Translations under genes and position numbers: made by a program | Shown here: positions 37,091 through 49,970 of the stretch, one piece after another | How positions within the stretch are numbered: the stretch's first letter is position 1 | Layout of the letters: the number at the start of each line of letters is the position of its first letter | The notes under the pieces: generated by a model | What the model was told of the DNA's origin: nothing | What the model saw: the letters and a program-made list of their open reading frames with translations, nothing else | The model's database searches: none | Source: Octopus bimaculoides | Taxonomy: Eukaryota | DNA: 64,000 bases | NCBI RefSeq assembly: GCF_001194135.2 | Contig: NC_068993.1 | Span: 16,979,548 to 17,043,547, forward strand | Direction of reading: 5' to 3'

Positions 37091-39439
37091 ATGACGATGG
37101 TTAATTTTTTATAAATGTATTTGGAGCAATATGGATTAGAGAATTGAAGTTTGATTAATTACAAAACATTTTGAAAATTAGAATTTTAGGGTAGAAAAGA
37201 TTTGGGAAATTTTTTAGAATTGTTAGAAAATATATTAGTACAGAAATATGTGATTTCCATATATCAACTGTTTTGTATTTATGATAAGATATATGTAGCT
37301 GTAACTTTTTTGAGTGTAATAATTTTTTTTTATCAAGTACAAAAGGTACAAATAAGAAATTGCTTCTCATTTATGAGAAGCCCTTTTTTGTTTGAAGGCA
37401 GGTAACAACTTCTACCATTTCTGAACAGGTATCTTTCTTGTTCAACAAAGAAGCAATGTTGCATTCAACAAAAAAAAAAAGCCAAAATGGAGGGGGGGGC
37501 ATGGGTAGGGGGAAACTTTATCTACGAATGAAATAATACTAGTATTGATAATAGGACTACTGAAAAATAAAACTAGAATGAAGAAGACCTGTGAATCAAG
37601 ATCAGTTAAAATGTATCTCAATATCATGTTTTTCCTATCTGTAAAAAAAGATGCTCGTCATTGTTTTGACATGTTTCTCTCCATGTTAGTATATATTGTA
37701 GACAGCTTTGATAGATAGCTTCCTTCCATATTATCCTGCTCTTATATCATCTGCATTCTCTTCAACAGCTACCACCACCCTTCCAGTACTATTCTGTAAG
37801 GTCAGAGGCTCATTTCACTTAGGGTTATACTTCAGGGAGAAGAGGAAGGTGTGTGTGTGTGTGTGTTTGTTTTTATTTATTTAAATCTATGACTTTATCT
37901 GCACTAGTGAATATTTTTCTATTTTTGTTTGCTTTTAACCCCTACCACCACCATCACCACACACACACGCTTCTCTCTTCTCTACAGCACATGACACTCA
38001 TCAAAGGTTGCTTGTTGAAACTTTCTAATTTCTAAACCTAGTGTATTTAAGTTCAATCACAGTTGGGAGTTAAAAAATAATTTTATCTAGTCATCCAGCA
38101 GTTTATGTCTGATATACATTATGAATAATAATAATAATAATAATAATAAGGAAGTCTTTCTTGCATTTTTTTTTTTTTTTTAATGCAGTATGATTCTGTC
38201 ACGAAACTAAATTGTTCTGTTGTATGAATGTGTCTGTGTATCTTTTTGAGTATATGTTTGTCTATGTCGGTATATGCGTCTCCCTGTTTTAGTGTTTGTG
38301 TGTGTAGGTATGTGTGTTTTAAAATGTATTTTTCCAGTTTAACTTTAGCTATCTGACTGACAATTCATGCATAAATCACCATGATTTTGTGGTACATGTG
38401 ATTTATAAGCTATAGTTAGTATATCTTACATCTCAAACCACCCAAGCATGCAATGGCTCTGGAACCTGCTCTTACATTAGGGGAGAGAGAGATAGAGAGA
38501 GAGAGAGATAGAGAGAGAGAGAGTTCAACCAACCTACAATCATTCAATCATTTCCATTTGTCTCTTCTACTCTCTACAAGTAAATATACATATATCTGTT
38601 AACCCCAAAACCTCTCTGCTCTTTCTATGAGTCAGTGTGTTAACTTTTGAGTCATCATCAAATCTGATCTCTACAGTTACTCTACTCACCTGTTCTTGCC
38701 CATATTTAACTGATATGCTTCAAATATCTCTGTGTGTGATCACATTGGCAGGTGGGAGAGGTTATCTCTTACACAAGCCGAGGTTAAAATATTTTGTTAT
38801 TCTATGTTGTTTGCAACATTGAATTGAATTACAAGCAAAAAAAAATATCTTCTTACTTTTTTAACAAGAAACAAATACCATAACATTGTACACTCTGTGA
38901 CTGACACACAATTCAAAACAATAAACAAATGAATTACATGAATAAATCAAGGGAGGCGGAAAGGAGACAGAGAAACCCCTCTACATTCTACTTAGGTATT
39001 CATAAGTCTAGTGACCTTTCCTGAAAACTCAACACCCCACAACACCTTTCAAACCTCTCAATAAAGTTTAAGCTATCCTGAGAAAATTTGCATTCTTTTT
39101 CAGCACTCCCAAATATTTTAACTCTCTGGCTGCTGATCAAAGCTTTTTCTTCGTTATATATTTCGGTTATCATCTTCTCAGTAATATACACAAAACTGGA
39201 AGAATGCTGAAGAAAATGCCTTGTGGTATTTGGTTATGTCCCTCTGTGTTCTGGTTTTAGATACTGCTGACGTTAACTATTCTTCTTCTTCTTGTTGGGG
39301 TTGATAAAATTAAGTGCCAATCAAATTAGGCAGTGAGATCAGTGGCATGTGCTATATTAAAAAATTTGACATTATAGCTGTCTTGTTGCTGTAGAATCCC
39401 AGCTTAGTCCTGATTAAGTAGATTTTTATGATCAGGTGC

Positions 39440-39835
39440 AAGCATAACTGTGTGGTTAAGAACCTAACTTTGCAACCACACAGTTTTGGATTCAGTCCCA
39501 CTGCTCAGCATATTGGACAAGTTTCTTCTACTATAAGCCTAAGACAACCCAATGCCTTATGATTGAATTTGGTCGAAGGAAACTGTGTAGAAGCCTGTCA
39601 TAGATGTATGTGTATGTTTCTGCTTTTCCCCCTCCACCACTTGACATCTGGTGTTGGTTTGTTCACATCTGTCTCCATAAATGAGTAGTCTTGCAAAGGT
39701 GACAAATAGAATTAGTACCAGGCTTTAAAAAAAAATATAAGTACCAGGGTCAATTTGTTCAGCTAAACTCTTCAAGGTGGTGCCCCAGCATGGCCACAGT
39801 CCAGTGACAGAAGCAAGTGAAGGATAAAAGAGAAA
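39440..39835 (+). mobile_element. SINE family A, near full length
   Basis: Collinear with other copies. Confidence 0.75.
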
Positions 39836-42276
39836 GGCATTCTAGCTATGGCCATCTTCTCTTTCTTTGGTTATATAGGATTTTATTATCCAATGTATTC
39901 TTTTCTATGACAATAGGGTGCTAACTGAGGGAGAGTTGGCTGTTGTTTCTAGTAGGCTGACCAGCCATGCAGCAGCTTCTTTGTTGGCTCTTATAACTAT
40001 GTTAGATATCAGTAATATACAAAATGAAAAAAAAAAAAGTTATTCTCCATTTCTGACGGCCTTCCATTTACAAGGAACTGTCCTGTCTTCTATAAATTCT
40101 TCTTCCGCTCTTCACCTTTGTTCTTCTAAACATGCTGTCTTCAAAGTAAACTTGTTAAAAATCTCTGTGTTCACTTCTTTACTCTTAGTTCTCAGTCTTC
40201 GGAATAACATGCCAGTTGTTGTTGTTGTTTAGCCCCAAAGTTAACTTGATGGAGTAGATATTATGATCAAAGATATATCAATAACAACCATGGCTATTCT
40301 ATCTGTTATTCACACACAGTATAACAGGGAATAATTTACGTAATGTGTTGTACCAATTTTTAATGGTAAGGTTTGATTTTGATGGAGATATGAGTGCTTC
40401 AGGTTTGACTGTGTGGTTGAGAAGTTTGCTTCATAACTACATGGTTTTGTGCTCAATTCCATTGTGAAGCATCTTGGAAAGTTTTTATTTTACCTATAAT
40501 GTCAAGTTACCAATTTGCCAATACCTTGTGATAGAATTGAGCAGACCTATGACCAAAGGCTCCCAGCCATGACCATCCTGTCAATTTCCTATTTGCAGGG
40601 AATCTTACTATAAAATACGTCCTTTTCTGAGATGAATGGAGCTTTATCTGAAAGAGATTCAACTGCTATTTCTCACAGGCTGTACGACCACATAGACGAT
40701 CTATTTTGGGCACAAAGTTGGTTGACAGTAGCTTGACAGTAAATAGAGAAAAACTTGGAGAGAAATAATTGTGTCTAATCTTGAAGTGAAGTAATTTAGT
40801 CTATAAGAACTCCAGAAACACTGGCTAAAGATAGTAACATTCTATGTTTTTCCAAACTTATGTGTCCCATTAATCTTTTGGATTATGGGAGCACCCTGTA
40901 AGCCTGTTATCATTAATAGAAAATCAGCATGGTGGAGCCCATATCATGTTTGCACTTACACAGTAAAATCACTAAGAAAAAAACCCACTTGTGAATTATA
41001 TAGTGCTCCCCCTGCTTTAAATAATAAGCTGTATGTAAATTCTCATAATACCTGTTTATATTTTACTGCTAAATTTTATTGAGCCACTGAGAGTTTATTT
41101 ATTGTCTCTGCTTAAGGAAACTTTCAGTGTTTAATAGAAGAAGAACCAAGAACTACCTTTAGCGAACATCCTACTGTCAACCACCTGGTTAGCTGGTTAC
41201 AACTGGGGAGACGGACTTAAGCTGTTGCTGTCGTTGCTAATAGTGATGATGATTAGCATTTGCTATAAAAAGTCTTAAACAATTTAGAGTTCTTCTCAAT
41301 GATAGAATTGATTAAAATTCCTTTTTATTTGTGTGTGTGTGTGTGCTCATACGTGTGTGCATATGTTGTCCAAGTCTCAATTTGGAATATTGTAAAAGAT
41401 AATTTCCATCATTGATTTTGAGTTATTTTTTGTCTTTTTTTTTATATCTTTTATTTTTTTTTTTTAACCAAAAGCTTAACCAACCAAAATATTCAATGTC
41501 GAGAAATTTAGAAAAATAAGTCTATTATCTGATTCTAAAGCATTTTTCAGTTCACACCAAATGTAGTTCACTGATAACAAGACTTATTTAAGAAGTTTGT
41601 AGAGAAGAAAGCCATGTTTGCTGAATAATATTTTTTGTTGTTTCTACTGTTGAATGTTATCTGAGCTCGTCACTTCTAGATTTCATTAAGATATCAAGAT
41701 TGTTCTCTCATTTGTTGTCTGTTGCTTTTTATTATTATTATTATTTTTTTGTTTTTGAGGGTGAGGGGGTTTCCTGTTTCCTTCTTTCTTTTCAAAAATT
41801 TTAAAATCCAACCAATATGTTTTCACTGGAAGTGAACAAAGGTGAAGATTTTCATCTTTGTTTTGTTTTGTTTTATTTTTTATTGTATTTATTTATTGAG
41901 ACAAATAACAAAAATGAAATGAAATCCTTCCTATTTGATTTCAACTAATTCCTCAGTATTCTTTTTGTTTCTTCATTCAAATGCTATAGCATAAAAATCT
42001 AGATTAGAATTGATCGCAGATACAAGAAAATATTCATTGCTGAATTTAATACGTGTTAATATGATAAAACAAGGATGGCTGATTGATGCATCTGTTAGAG
42101 TATCGGACAAAATGTCTTGTAGCATTTAGCTATGATCTTTTACATTCTGAGTTCAAAACTTACCAAGTTCAACTTGAAATGTCCATCCATCTGTCCATCT
42201 TCCCAACCCACTATTCCTGTTAGAGTCCTGAGTTCTCAGGCACCTCTTCCATAGGATCCTGTTAGAAGCAACATCT

Positions 42277-42455
42277 TCATCATCATCATCCTTTAACGTC
42301 CATGCTGGCATGGGTTGGACAGTTTGACCAGGGCTGGCAAGCAGGAGAGCTGCACTAAGTTCCAGTCTAACTTGGCTTGGTTTCTACAGCTAGCTGCCCT
42401 TCCTAATGCCAACCACTTTAAAGTGTATGCTGGGTGCTTTTAACATGGCATCATT
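42277..42455 (-). mobile_element. SINE-like family C
   Basis: Homologous to 561-830. Confidence 0.7.
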
Positions 42456-43729
42456 AAATTTTCCAGCTGGATTCCTTAAGCATGACCAACTGTGACCATG
42501 GATATTATCCAACCATCTTGTTCTCAGTCTGCCTCTAGCTCAGACAGAAGAGTTCATCTTGAAACAAGATGAGTTCATTAATGTAATTTTTAGAGTCTTG
42601 CAATGTTTAGTTTACTACTTTTCATGTTCTGAATTCAAAACCTGTCATGGGTGGTTGACGGTGCATTCTGAGTTCAAGCCCCACCAAAACCAACTATGTC
42701 CTTCATTCTTTCATTGTTTGATGAAATGAGTTGCAATCAGTTACTGGGGTTGAATAAATCAACAATGCCACCACCCTCAAATTTGTGGTTTTCTACATAT
42801 ATATTTCATTTTATACCTCCAATATCAGAAATTTTAGAACATTGGATGTCATTGGTCCCAGGTTCAAACTTGCTTTCTCATTCTCTAATTTTTGTTTAAC
42901 TCCAAATTTGCCATAACTCAGTAGATTTTTTTTTTTTTTACCAAAAGTGTTTCCAGCTGTGCGCATCTCCTCTTTTCTATTCTAAGTGTCCCTCCATTTT
43001 TTTAAAACAGTGAGTATTTTAGGAAGATTCTGTTGTTGTTTCTAGCAGGTTAGGCAGCTGTGTAATCACCCATATTGGCTCTTCTGTTTGCTTTTACAAA
43101 TATAGTGGTGTAAGTCTAGACTAGTATTGATCAATGATAGTAAAAAAAAAAAAGTATTCTTTATTGAGTTTAACACCTGTTATACAGTGAAAAAATAATA
43201 TACGAACAAGTTTGAATTAAATAGGAAACCTCTACATGGTTGCTCAACTCACTAGAAAGAGCAGCTAAATCTCCTTCCTATTGCACTCTAATATCTTATG
43301 TGTATAAAAACACAGACTGATATCTAGGATAAAGAAAGAACTCTAGATACACTATACCTAAAACTGGGAAGGTCATAATTGGTATGTCTCTGATCATGCT
43401 TGCTTCATCAAAGCTGATCAGTGAATCAGTGAATAAACAGCAACAGATTTCATTTAATAGAGACACAAAGGTTTCATTATTTAAATGTATTTCTCGGGTT
43501 CAGGTGTACTTTCTGATTTTAAGTAGTTGTTATGTTGGTGGTTGTAGTGGTAGTAGTGTTGTTATTTAGCCCTAGGTCGGCCCCAATCATGCTAACTTAT
43601 GATCAATGGCATTCCAGTTGTAACCTTCCAAGCCTTTCAAACAAGACAGTGTTCTCATACTACATTATCCAATATCTCCTTTCAGATTTGTTTAAGTCTG
43701 GCACTCCATCAGTTATGACAATGTCTTTT

Positions 43730-43940
43730 CCAGTTGATTCAATCAGCTGAACAGCTTGATTGTGAAATTAACGTGCAAGTGTTTGAGTACTCCACAGATA
43801 CATGTACACTTAACATAATTCTCAGTGGACTGGAACAACATGAAGTAAAGTGTCTTGCTCAAGGACACAACACATTACCAGGAATCGAACTCATAGCCTT
43901 ACATTCATGATCTGAATACCCCTAACCACTAGCCACATGC
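43730..43940 (-). mobile_element. tRNA-derived SINE family F
   Basis: Reverse-complement homolog of 52370-52690 (TGTGTCCTTGAGCAAGACACTTTA motif). Confidence 0.7.
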
Positions 43941-44188
43941 CTTTAAATTTTTTTTTAAGATGGTAGAATTTAAAGTAAAAAAAGATTTAGCTGCTACTTC
44001 TAGCATGTTTGAGTGACTACATAAGCTCTCTGTTTACCTCATGACTGTTGTTTTTTTTTAGTCCTTGATACAGTACATCTAAATTTTTTGTCAGCTTCTT
44101 AAGAAACAAGCACAAGTCACATATTAACACACTACCTTATGCTGACATCCTCATTCATTTAACATTTGCTTCTTTTCCATGTTTGCAG

Positions 44189-44276
44189 GAGTTGGATGTA
44201 TATAAGTACAGTAGCTTATCTTTGCTCTTCTTGCTCCTATCGCTAACCCTGTCCCTTCCTGGCTTGTTTTATGGGT
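44189..44276 (+). other. Candidate exon (phase 0 reads ELDVYKYSSLSLLFLLLSLTLSLPGLFYG)
   Basis: Strong acceptor ttcttttccatgtttgcag| and donor GGT|gtaagt; only one frame open. Confidence 0.3.
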
Positions 44277-44557
44277 GTAAGTATAGCCAAGTAGGTAAAA
44301 AGTTCACTTCTTACCTACATGGTCATTGCACTGGGTTTAATCACACTCTGCAACACCTTCAGAAAGTGTCTTTTACTATAACCTCTGGCTGAACTAAGCC
44401 AGAAGTTATAGAAGTTAAAATTAGGTAGACAAATACTCTATGGCCCAATCAGATTAGCTGTACCTTTTGGTGAGGGTAAGGAATTAGACCCTATCCATTG
44501 TCTGATCTAACATTACTTCTTGGGTACTTTTGGCAGGGTCCACTTTTTTGTACTTGA

Positions 44558-44759
44558 CCCTTTAGCATTCAGACTACTTTGTTCACATTGTTTTGAAATT
44601 AATCTTGCATCATCTTGTAGCTTTGAGACTTCAAATGAAGCAATTGTTTCCTTTTAGAATGACATTGTAGGGTAGGTGTAAGAGGTCAGATCTGGATGGT
44701 TTGAACATAGAACAGGTAGGATATTTGAGTCAGATGTGGTCAGTTTAAATGCCAAATGG
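44558..44759. mobile_element. piggyBac-like MITE
   Basis: Ends CCCTTTAGCATTCA... and ...AAATGCCAAATGG; flanks TTGA / TTAA (degenerate TTAA TSD). Confidence 0.65.
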
Positions 44760-44986
44760 TTAAACCAAGTCCCCGTTTTAATGATATCTCAATATCTTGA
44801 TGCACACCATTTTTTATTTCCTTGAACAGTCCAGAAGTTTTGGTTTCTTCTTTTCTTTCTTCATACCAGTCTTCTATAAATAGATTCTATAGATAGTTGT
44901 AGGTACTAACCTTTTCTCTTCTCACGAAATAATTACAGAATATCTTCTTCTAAGACTTCTTCCATTGTCAGCATATGTTTTCTTTA

Positions 44987-45027
<41 letters not shown>

Positions 45028-45037
45028 NNNNNNNNNN

Positions 45038-45069
<32 letters not shown>

Positions 45070-45072
<3 letters not shown>

Positions 45073-45400
45073 TTTTACTTGTTTTTCTCGTTGGACTGCT
45101 GCCATGCTGGGCTACTGTTTTGACAGGTTTAGTTCAACAAATGAACCCCAATACTTAATTTCAAGTCTGATATTTTATCGGTCTCTTTTTACTGAACCAT
45201 TAAGTTATGGTGGCATAAACAAAGATACACACACACACACAAAATGGATTTCCATACAGTTTCCATCTACCAAACACATTTACAAGACATTGGTCAGCTT
45301 AAGGCTGTAGTAGAAGACACTTGCCTAAGGTGCCACACAGCAAGACTGAACCCAAAATCGTGCGGTTGCAAATGAGCTTCTTAATCACACAGCCATGCCC
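45070..45400 (-). mobile_element. SINE family A, CpG-depleted copy
   Basis: Homolog of 22926-23330 with many CG to TG/CA changes. Confidence 0.8.
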
Positions 45401-46046
45401 CTTTACATCATCTTTCTTTCTTTTCTTTTTTTCTTTACCCTACAAGTGCTGTTATCCGTCTATATTGATCACATGTCTATACCATCACCCCTACCTTTCT
45501 AACACATATCAGTTTATGAAGCAAATTTGTAAATGTCTAAATTTCAAGTGATTATCAGGAAAATATATGTATATATAGTTAGGAAAACAATTAGCGTCCG
45601 TTTGATATATGAATAACTGAAAAATTTTTGAATACATAGTCTGAAATGTAAAGCTATTGATCAAGAATATGATTTTTTCATATAACTTTCGATAAAAGAC
45701 AAATGAAGTCTGGTGACCAAATTATCACTTTGGGAATTTTCCATAATGAATTTAGACATTCCAGATGCAGAACAGACTCAGTAGAAATTGAATAATTGTA
45801 TTTTCCAATGGATTAGTTCCGGAATTGATCTAAAAGTTTTCATTTTAATAGATTTTGAAATGCTCCCTTCATTTAACATTGCATCATATTTTCATAAAAT
45901 TGTTCAGATGAAGCGGTAAATTAGACCTGGCTAATTTTGCAACCATCATGGGCCTCTTTTAAAGGAATAAATTTTGTCTATCCTATATTACAGTTCGATT
46001 ACAGATTATTCATTGTTGCATGAGATGTTCTTGTTTATACAGCAAT

Positions 46047-46190
46047 TATACATATCATTACTGCACATATATCATTACTACAAATCTTATATATCATTAC
46101 TACACTTCATGCATATCATTACTACACATGTAATCATTACTACATATACATATCATTACCACACCACTACAGTTTCATTACTACACATCT
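46047..46190. repeat. Degenerate minisatellite, core ATATCATTACTAC
   Basis: About seven imperfect TCATTAC units at roughly 17-24 nt spacing. Confidence 0.75.
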
Positions 46191-46731
46191 TTCTTTGCCT
46201 ATTGGTTTCAGCCAATCTAATTTCAGTATTTCTTCAACGACAACAGCAGTCTAATAAAACTGAGCATTGATTACCATACCAGTATAAGCAGGTTCAATCT
46301 TGCTCAGCATATATTTTTTTTTTTAATCTAGCCAATGCTTGATTGTGTCTTCAAACTTGTACGCTTGCTGAAGAAACATCATTATTAGTAATTTTGGATA
46401 GCTTCAGATATTTTTTTTTAATTTGGAAGTAGACAATTATTTCTCAGGAAGGGTTATTGATCTGCATTGTGCAATTCATAGAGACAGAGAGAGATTTTTT
46501 TTTTTTAAATAGTTGTGATAGAGTATAAAGGAAAAAAGAAAAAAGAAACATATTTTGGCCATCTTTATTGACAATGTTTGTTAAGACAAAGTTGCTTCAT
46601 CTTCAGCAACAGCAGCGGCAGTAGCAGCATTTTAAGATCTGCATTTAATGTGTTTCTCGTTGACAAGGAATTAGACTATCAGCATATAGGTATAATTCTA
46701 ATATACTGCTGGGATTTCTTTGGCAAGCAGA

Positions 46732-46832
46732 ATGGAGGATGCAGTACTTAACACTATATCAATTCATCCATTTGAAACAAGCAGCAGATCTTTCGTGGAT
46801 GTTATGTCTTCAATAAATTATCCCACAAAAAG
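46732..46832 (+). CDS. Candidate coding exon MEDAVLNTISIHPFETSSRSFVDVMSSINYPTK
   Basis: ATG at 46732 just after caagcag|, open to donor AAG|gtagag; no homology recognised. Confidence 0.2.
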
Positions 46833-46894
46833 GTAGAGATTCACTTACATGCTAAACATACACCTTGAATCTGGTGCTAAGTTTGGCTCTATAT

Positions 46895-47211
46895 CAGTGG
46901 TTCCCAAATTTTTTCAGGCCACTGCCTCCTTGGCACTCAGGCCACATTCCTAGTCCTCTAAGCACCACCGCCCCCAAGCTCATCACCACCACAAACATAA
47001 ACCACTTTCTGCCGCAAATTCAAAACAACTGAATTTTACAAATACAACTTAACCTAATCAACCCTAAATTTTGTTCTTTTTACATCCGTTGCCCCCTTTC
47101 GGCCACCCCATCCATTATCACCTCACTTTTCTTCAATGCCTCCCTAGATCTTTCCACTGCCCCAGGTATGTGTGCATGGTGGGGAAGTATCACCCACATT
47201 AGGAGCCACTG
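46895..47211. mobile_element. hAT-type MITE
   Basis: TIR CAGTGGTTCCCAAAT / ATTAGGAGCCACTG; TSD CTCTATAT / GTCTATAT (7 of 8 identical). Confidence 0.8.
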
Positions 47212-47538
47212 GTCTATATGAATTATTGAAGCTTTTGGGAGAGGCACTTGTTTTTTTGGGGTTTTTTTTAGTGCAGTTGCATGGATCTACAAATAATAGC
47301 TGTTACTGTTGTTTAGTCTCAGGTCAAGCTCTGATAAATCGGGTCCATTATGAAGCCCTACTATCTCTTTTTTGGAGTACCTAAATCTATATTATGTAAT
47401 AAGTCCTCTTGTTATTTTAAAGATTTGGCTGTTGTTTTTAGCATATCAAGTGATTACATACATGCATCTTTATATCTCTTTTCAAATAAATTTTGTTTGA
47501 GTATGTGTGTGATAGTGTGTGTGCATGTGTTTGTGTGT

Positions 47539-47577
<39 letters not shown>

Positions 47578-48695
47578 CGTGCGTGCGTGTGTGTACCTGT
47601 GTTTCACAATAATGCTGGTGAAGTATCACTGTAAGANNNNNNNNNNAATTTTATAATGTCATTTGAAATCTTCGCAGACGAATCTGTGTTCTAGCTAACC
47701 ATCTACTGCCAGCTTGAATCAATTCTTTTTCTTTTTTCTCTCTTTCTCTTTATCTCTCTCTCTCTCTCTCTCTCTCTTTTCTCTTTTTCCATCCAGCACG
47801 CATCATTAATTCTCATCATAATCCAAATCAACTCCATATTCTGTTGTTATATGAGAAGATTGTTTCTCACTATCTCCAACTACTAAGCTGCTTGTCATTT
47901 CCATAGTAAATTCAAGTGCTGAATCATTCTAGTCATTCTCTTTTTATTCTTATCTGATCTTCTACCAGGTAAACAGGCTGGAGGTTTATCCAGTGTCTGG
48001 CACCAGAGACAAGAGTCATCATAATGTTAAACGATTCATTGGACAAGAGAGCAACATTTTATCTGCTCAACCATTGCTATTCCTTATCAGCTCAGTTATC
48101 TATGTGCAATCTAATACAACTATTTTGTACTAAACCTTCCTTCATAAACCAAGGAATGGCTTATTGGAACCCAATTTTAAGCACACATTTTCAACAGCAC
48201 TAGTGCTCACAAAATGCTTGCAAAAATTTTTTTTTTTAAATGTATATAAAATCTATTGCAATTCCTCCCTCCCCTCATATATTCAACTCTTGGTATATCT
48301 AAAATTCAATAATTTATTGGAAAAAATATTAATTCTTGAAAATCTATATATTTTTTCAAAATATATAAGGATTTAATGAAAAATTCTTGACTGATTGATT
48401 ACTTACCAGATATTAAAGAGTAAGTAAAATAGGTCAGATTTTTTTTTTTATATTTGTTTACAGCTTTTTTTTTGTCTTTTTTTTTTTTTTTTTAAATGCA
48501 TTCTAACTCAGTAGATCATTAGTGAAATAAATGTAGAATGTATGCACCTATTACTTTTGGAAATGTCGGCCATTTCCCAGCATCACGAACGAAATTGTTG
48601 TGAAGAAAACCTAGAGCAATGTTCTAAATTATAGCCCACCATCCCCCCCTCTCTCTCTTTCTTTCATTCTCTTTTTCACGCAAACTTTAACTTAC

Positions 48696-48780
48696 CTAAT
48701 TGGTGCCAATGACAAAGGTCAGACTTACATGTCACATGATACAACAACAATAACAAAAAAAGGACATAAAGAATCTGCAT
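48696..48780 (-). CDS. Candidate signal-peptide exon MQILYVLFLLLLLYHVTCKSDLCHWHQL(G)
   Basis: aaaATG at 48780, hydrophobic core, two GTAAGT donors both in phase 1 (exon ends 48729 or 48696). Confidence 0.3.
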
Positions 48781-49559
48781 TTTATCCCAACAACTTCTAA
48801 CCTTATTTGAAAGAATCAGAAAATTCCTCCTTTTCTCTTTCTCTCTGTCTGTCTCTCTCTCTCTCTCTTTCTCTTTCCAACTTCGACTTGTTAATAATAA
48901 ATCAACTGTTATTTTCCTTTGGTCAATAATAACATGCTTCATTTTGTTGTAATTATTTTTCAGTCTTTCTTTTATTTTGTTTCACTAAAGAAGCAAAAAT
49001 GATATGTAGCAAGATAAAAAACAAAAAGATGGGGAGTGTTTCTGAGAAGGAGATGCGGCTCTGTAATGTACACCCTTTACCACCATCTGTGACAGTTAAA
49101 GCCAGTGACAGAGATTTTACATCAGACACAGGCAACTTTTCTTCATAAGCAGGCTGCATGAAACATGGCTTATCCATAAGGTGGGCCAGCACTACTAAAA
49201 AACTATTATAGCCCCAGGACAACCACAGACTTGTAAGTGAATTTGGTAGACTGAAACTGCAGCATTGTTCATCAGAAAATGTTCAAAAAACATGCTTATA
49301 AGGAAATGTTGTTTGCTTCATACTCCTCGTGTGCCGATTCTGCCCATGAGAAAGGAACAAATAATACAATGTGGCTGTAGGTCATAATAGCCAGGCAACA
49401 CTGGAGTGCATTGCTAGTCTCATAAATTGAAGAGTAAAAGGACACATTATATAATGCACTAAAAGATGTGCACTGTGTCTGAAGAGAAAAAAAGAAAAAA
49501 GTAGTCATAGCTGGAGTGGTTAACCATGGTTTGAACAACAGTGTGATGGAAATCCTTAA

Positions 49560-49970
49560 CCTTTTCATTACTATATTCCTAATGAAATATATTGTCTTCA
49601 TTTTATTTAATTTTTAAAATAATGAATTTAGTGAAGTAACTTTATTATCAAGTAGGTATTTGACAAGGAGTGAGCTGGAAGAATCATTAGCATACATGGC
49701 AAAATGCTTAGTGGCATTTCACCCATCTTTAAGTCCTGAGTTCAANNNNNNNNNNNNNNNNNNNNNNNNNNGCTTCAGCTCCTCCTTTGATCTTGCTAAC
49801 CTTGGGCCAAATTTTGAAACCATTATTAAGTAGGTAATTTGAACATAAATTAACATGAAGTTTTGATGAAAGGTTTTTATTTGGATAACTTTAAAACAGG
49901 AAATTTGATAGTTTGTATTATAGCCAGGGGTACTCCCCCCCCCCTGCGCCAGGTGGGTGAGTATCAAGGG
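49560..49970. mobile_element. piggyBac-like MITE with nested SINE family B
   Basis: TTAA|CCTTTTCATTAC... and ...GAGTATCAAGGG|TTTA; SINE B head at ~49665 and tail at ~49800-49830 inside. Confidence 0.5.

Noticed and set aside
48395-48430. Opposing perfect GTAAGT donors on both strands
   Set aside because: GTAAGT is expected many times by chance at this base composition; no adjoining exon.
48696-48730. SDLCHWHQLG resembling the meteorin N-terminus (SDRCSWKGSG)
   Set aside because: Too short to be significant; no further meteorin-like exons found.
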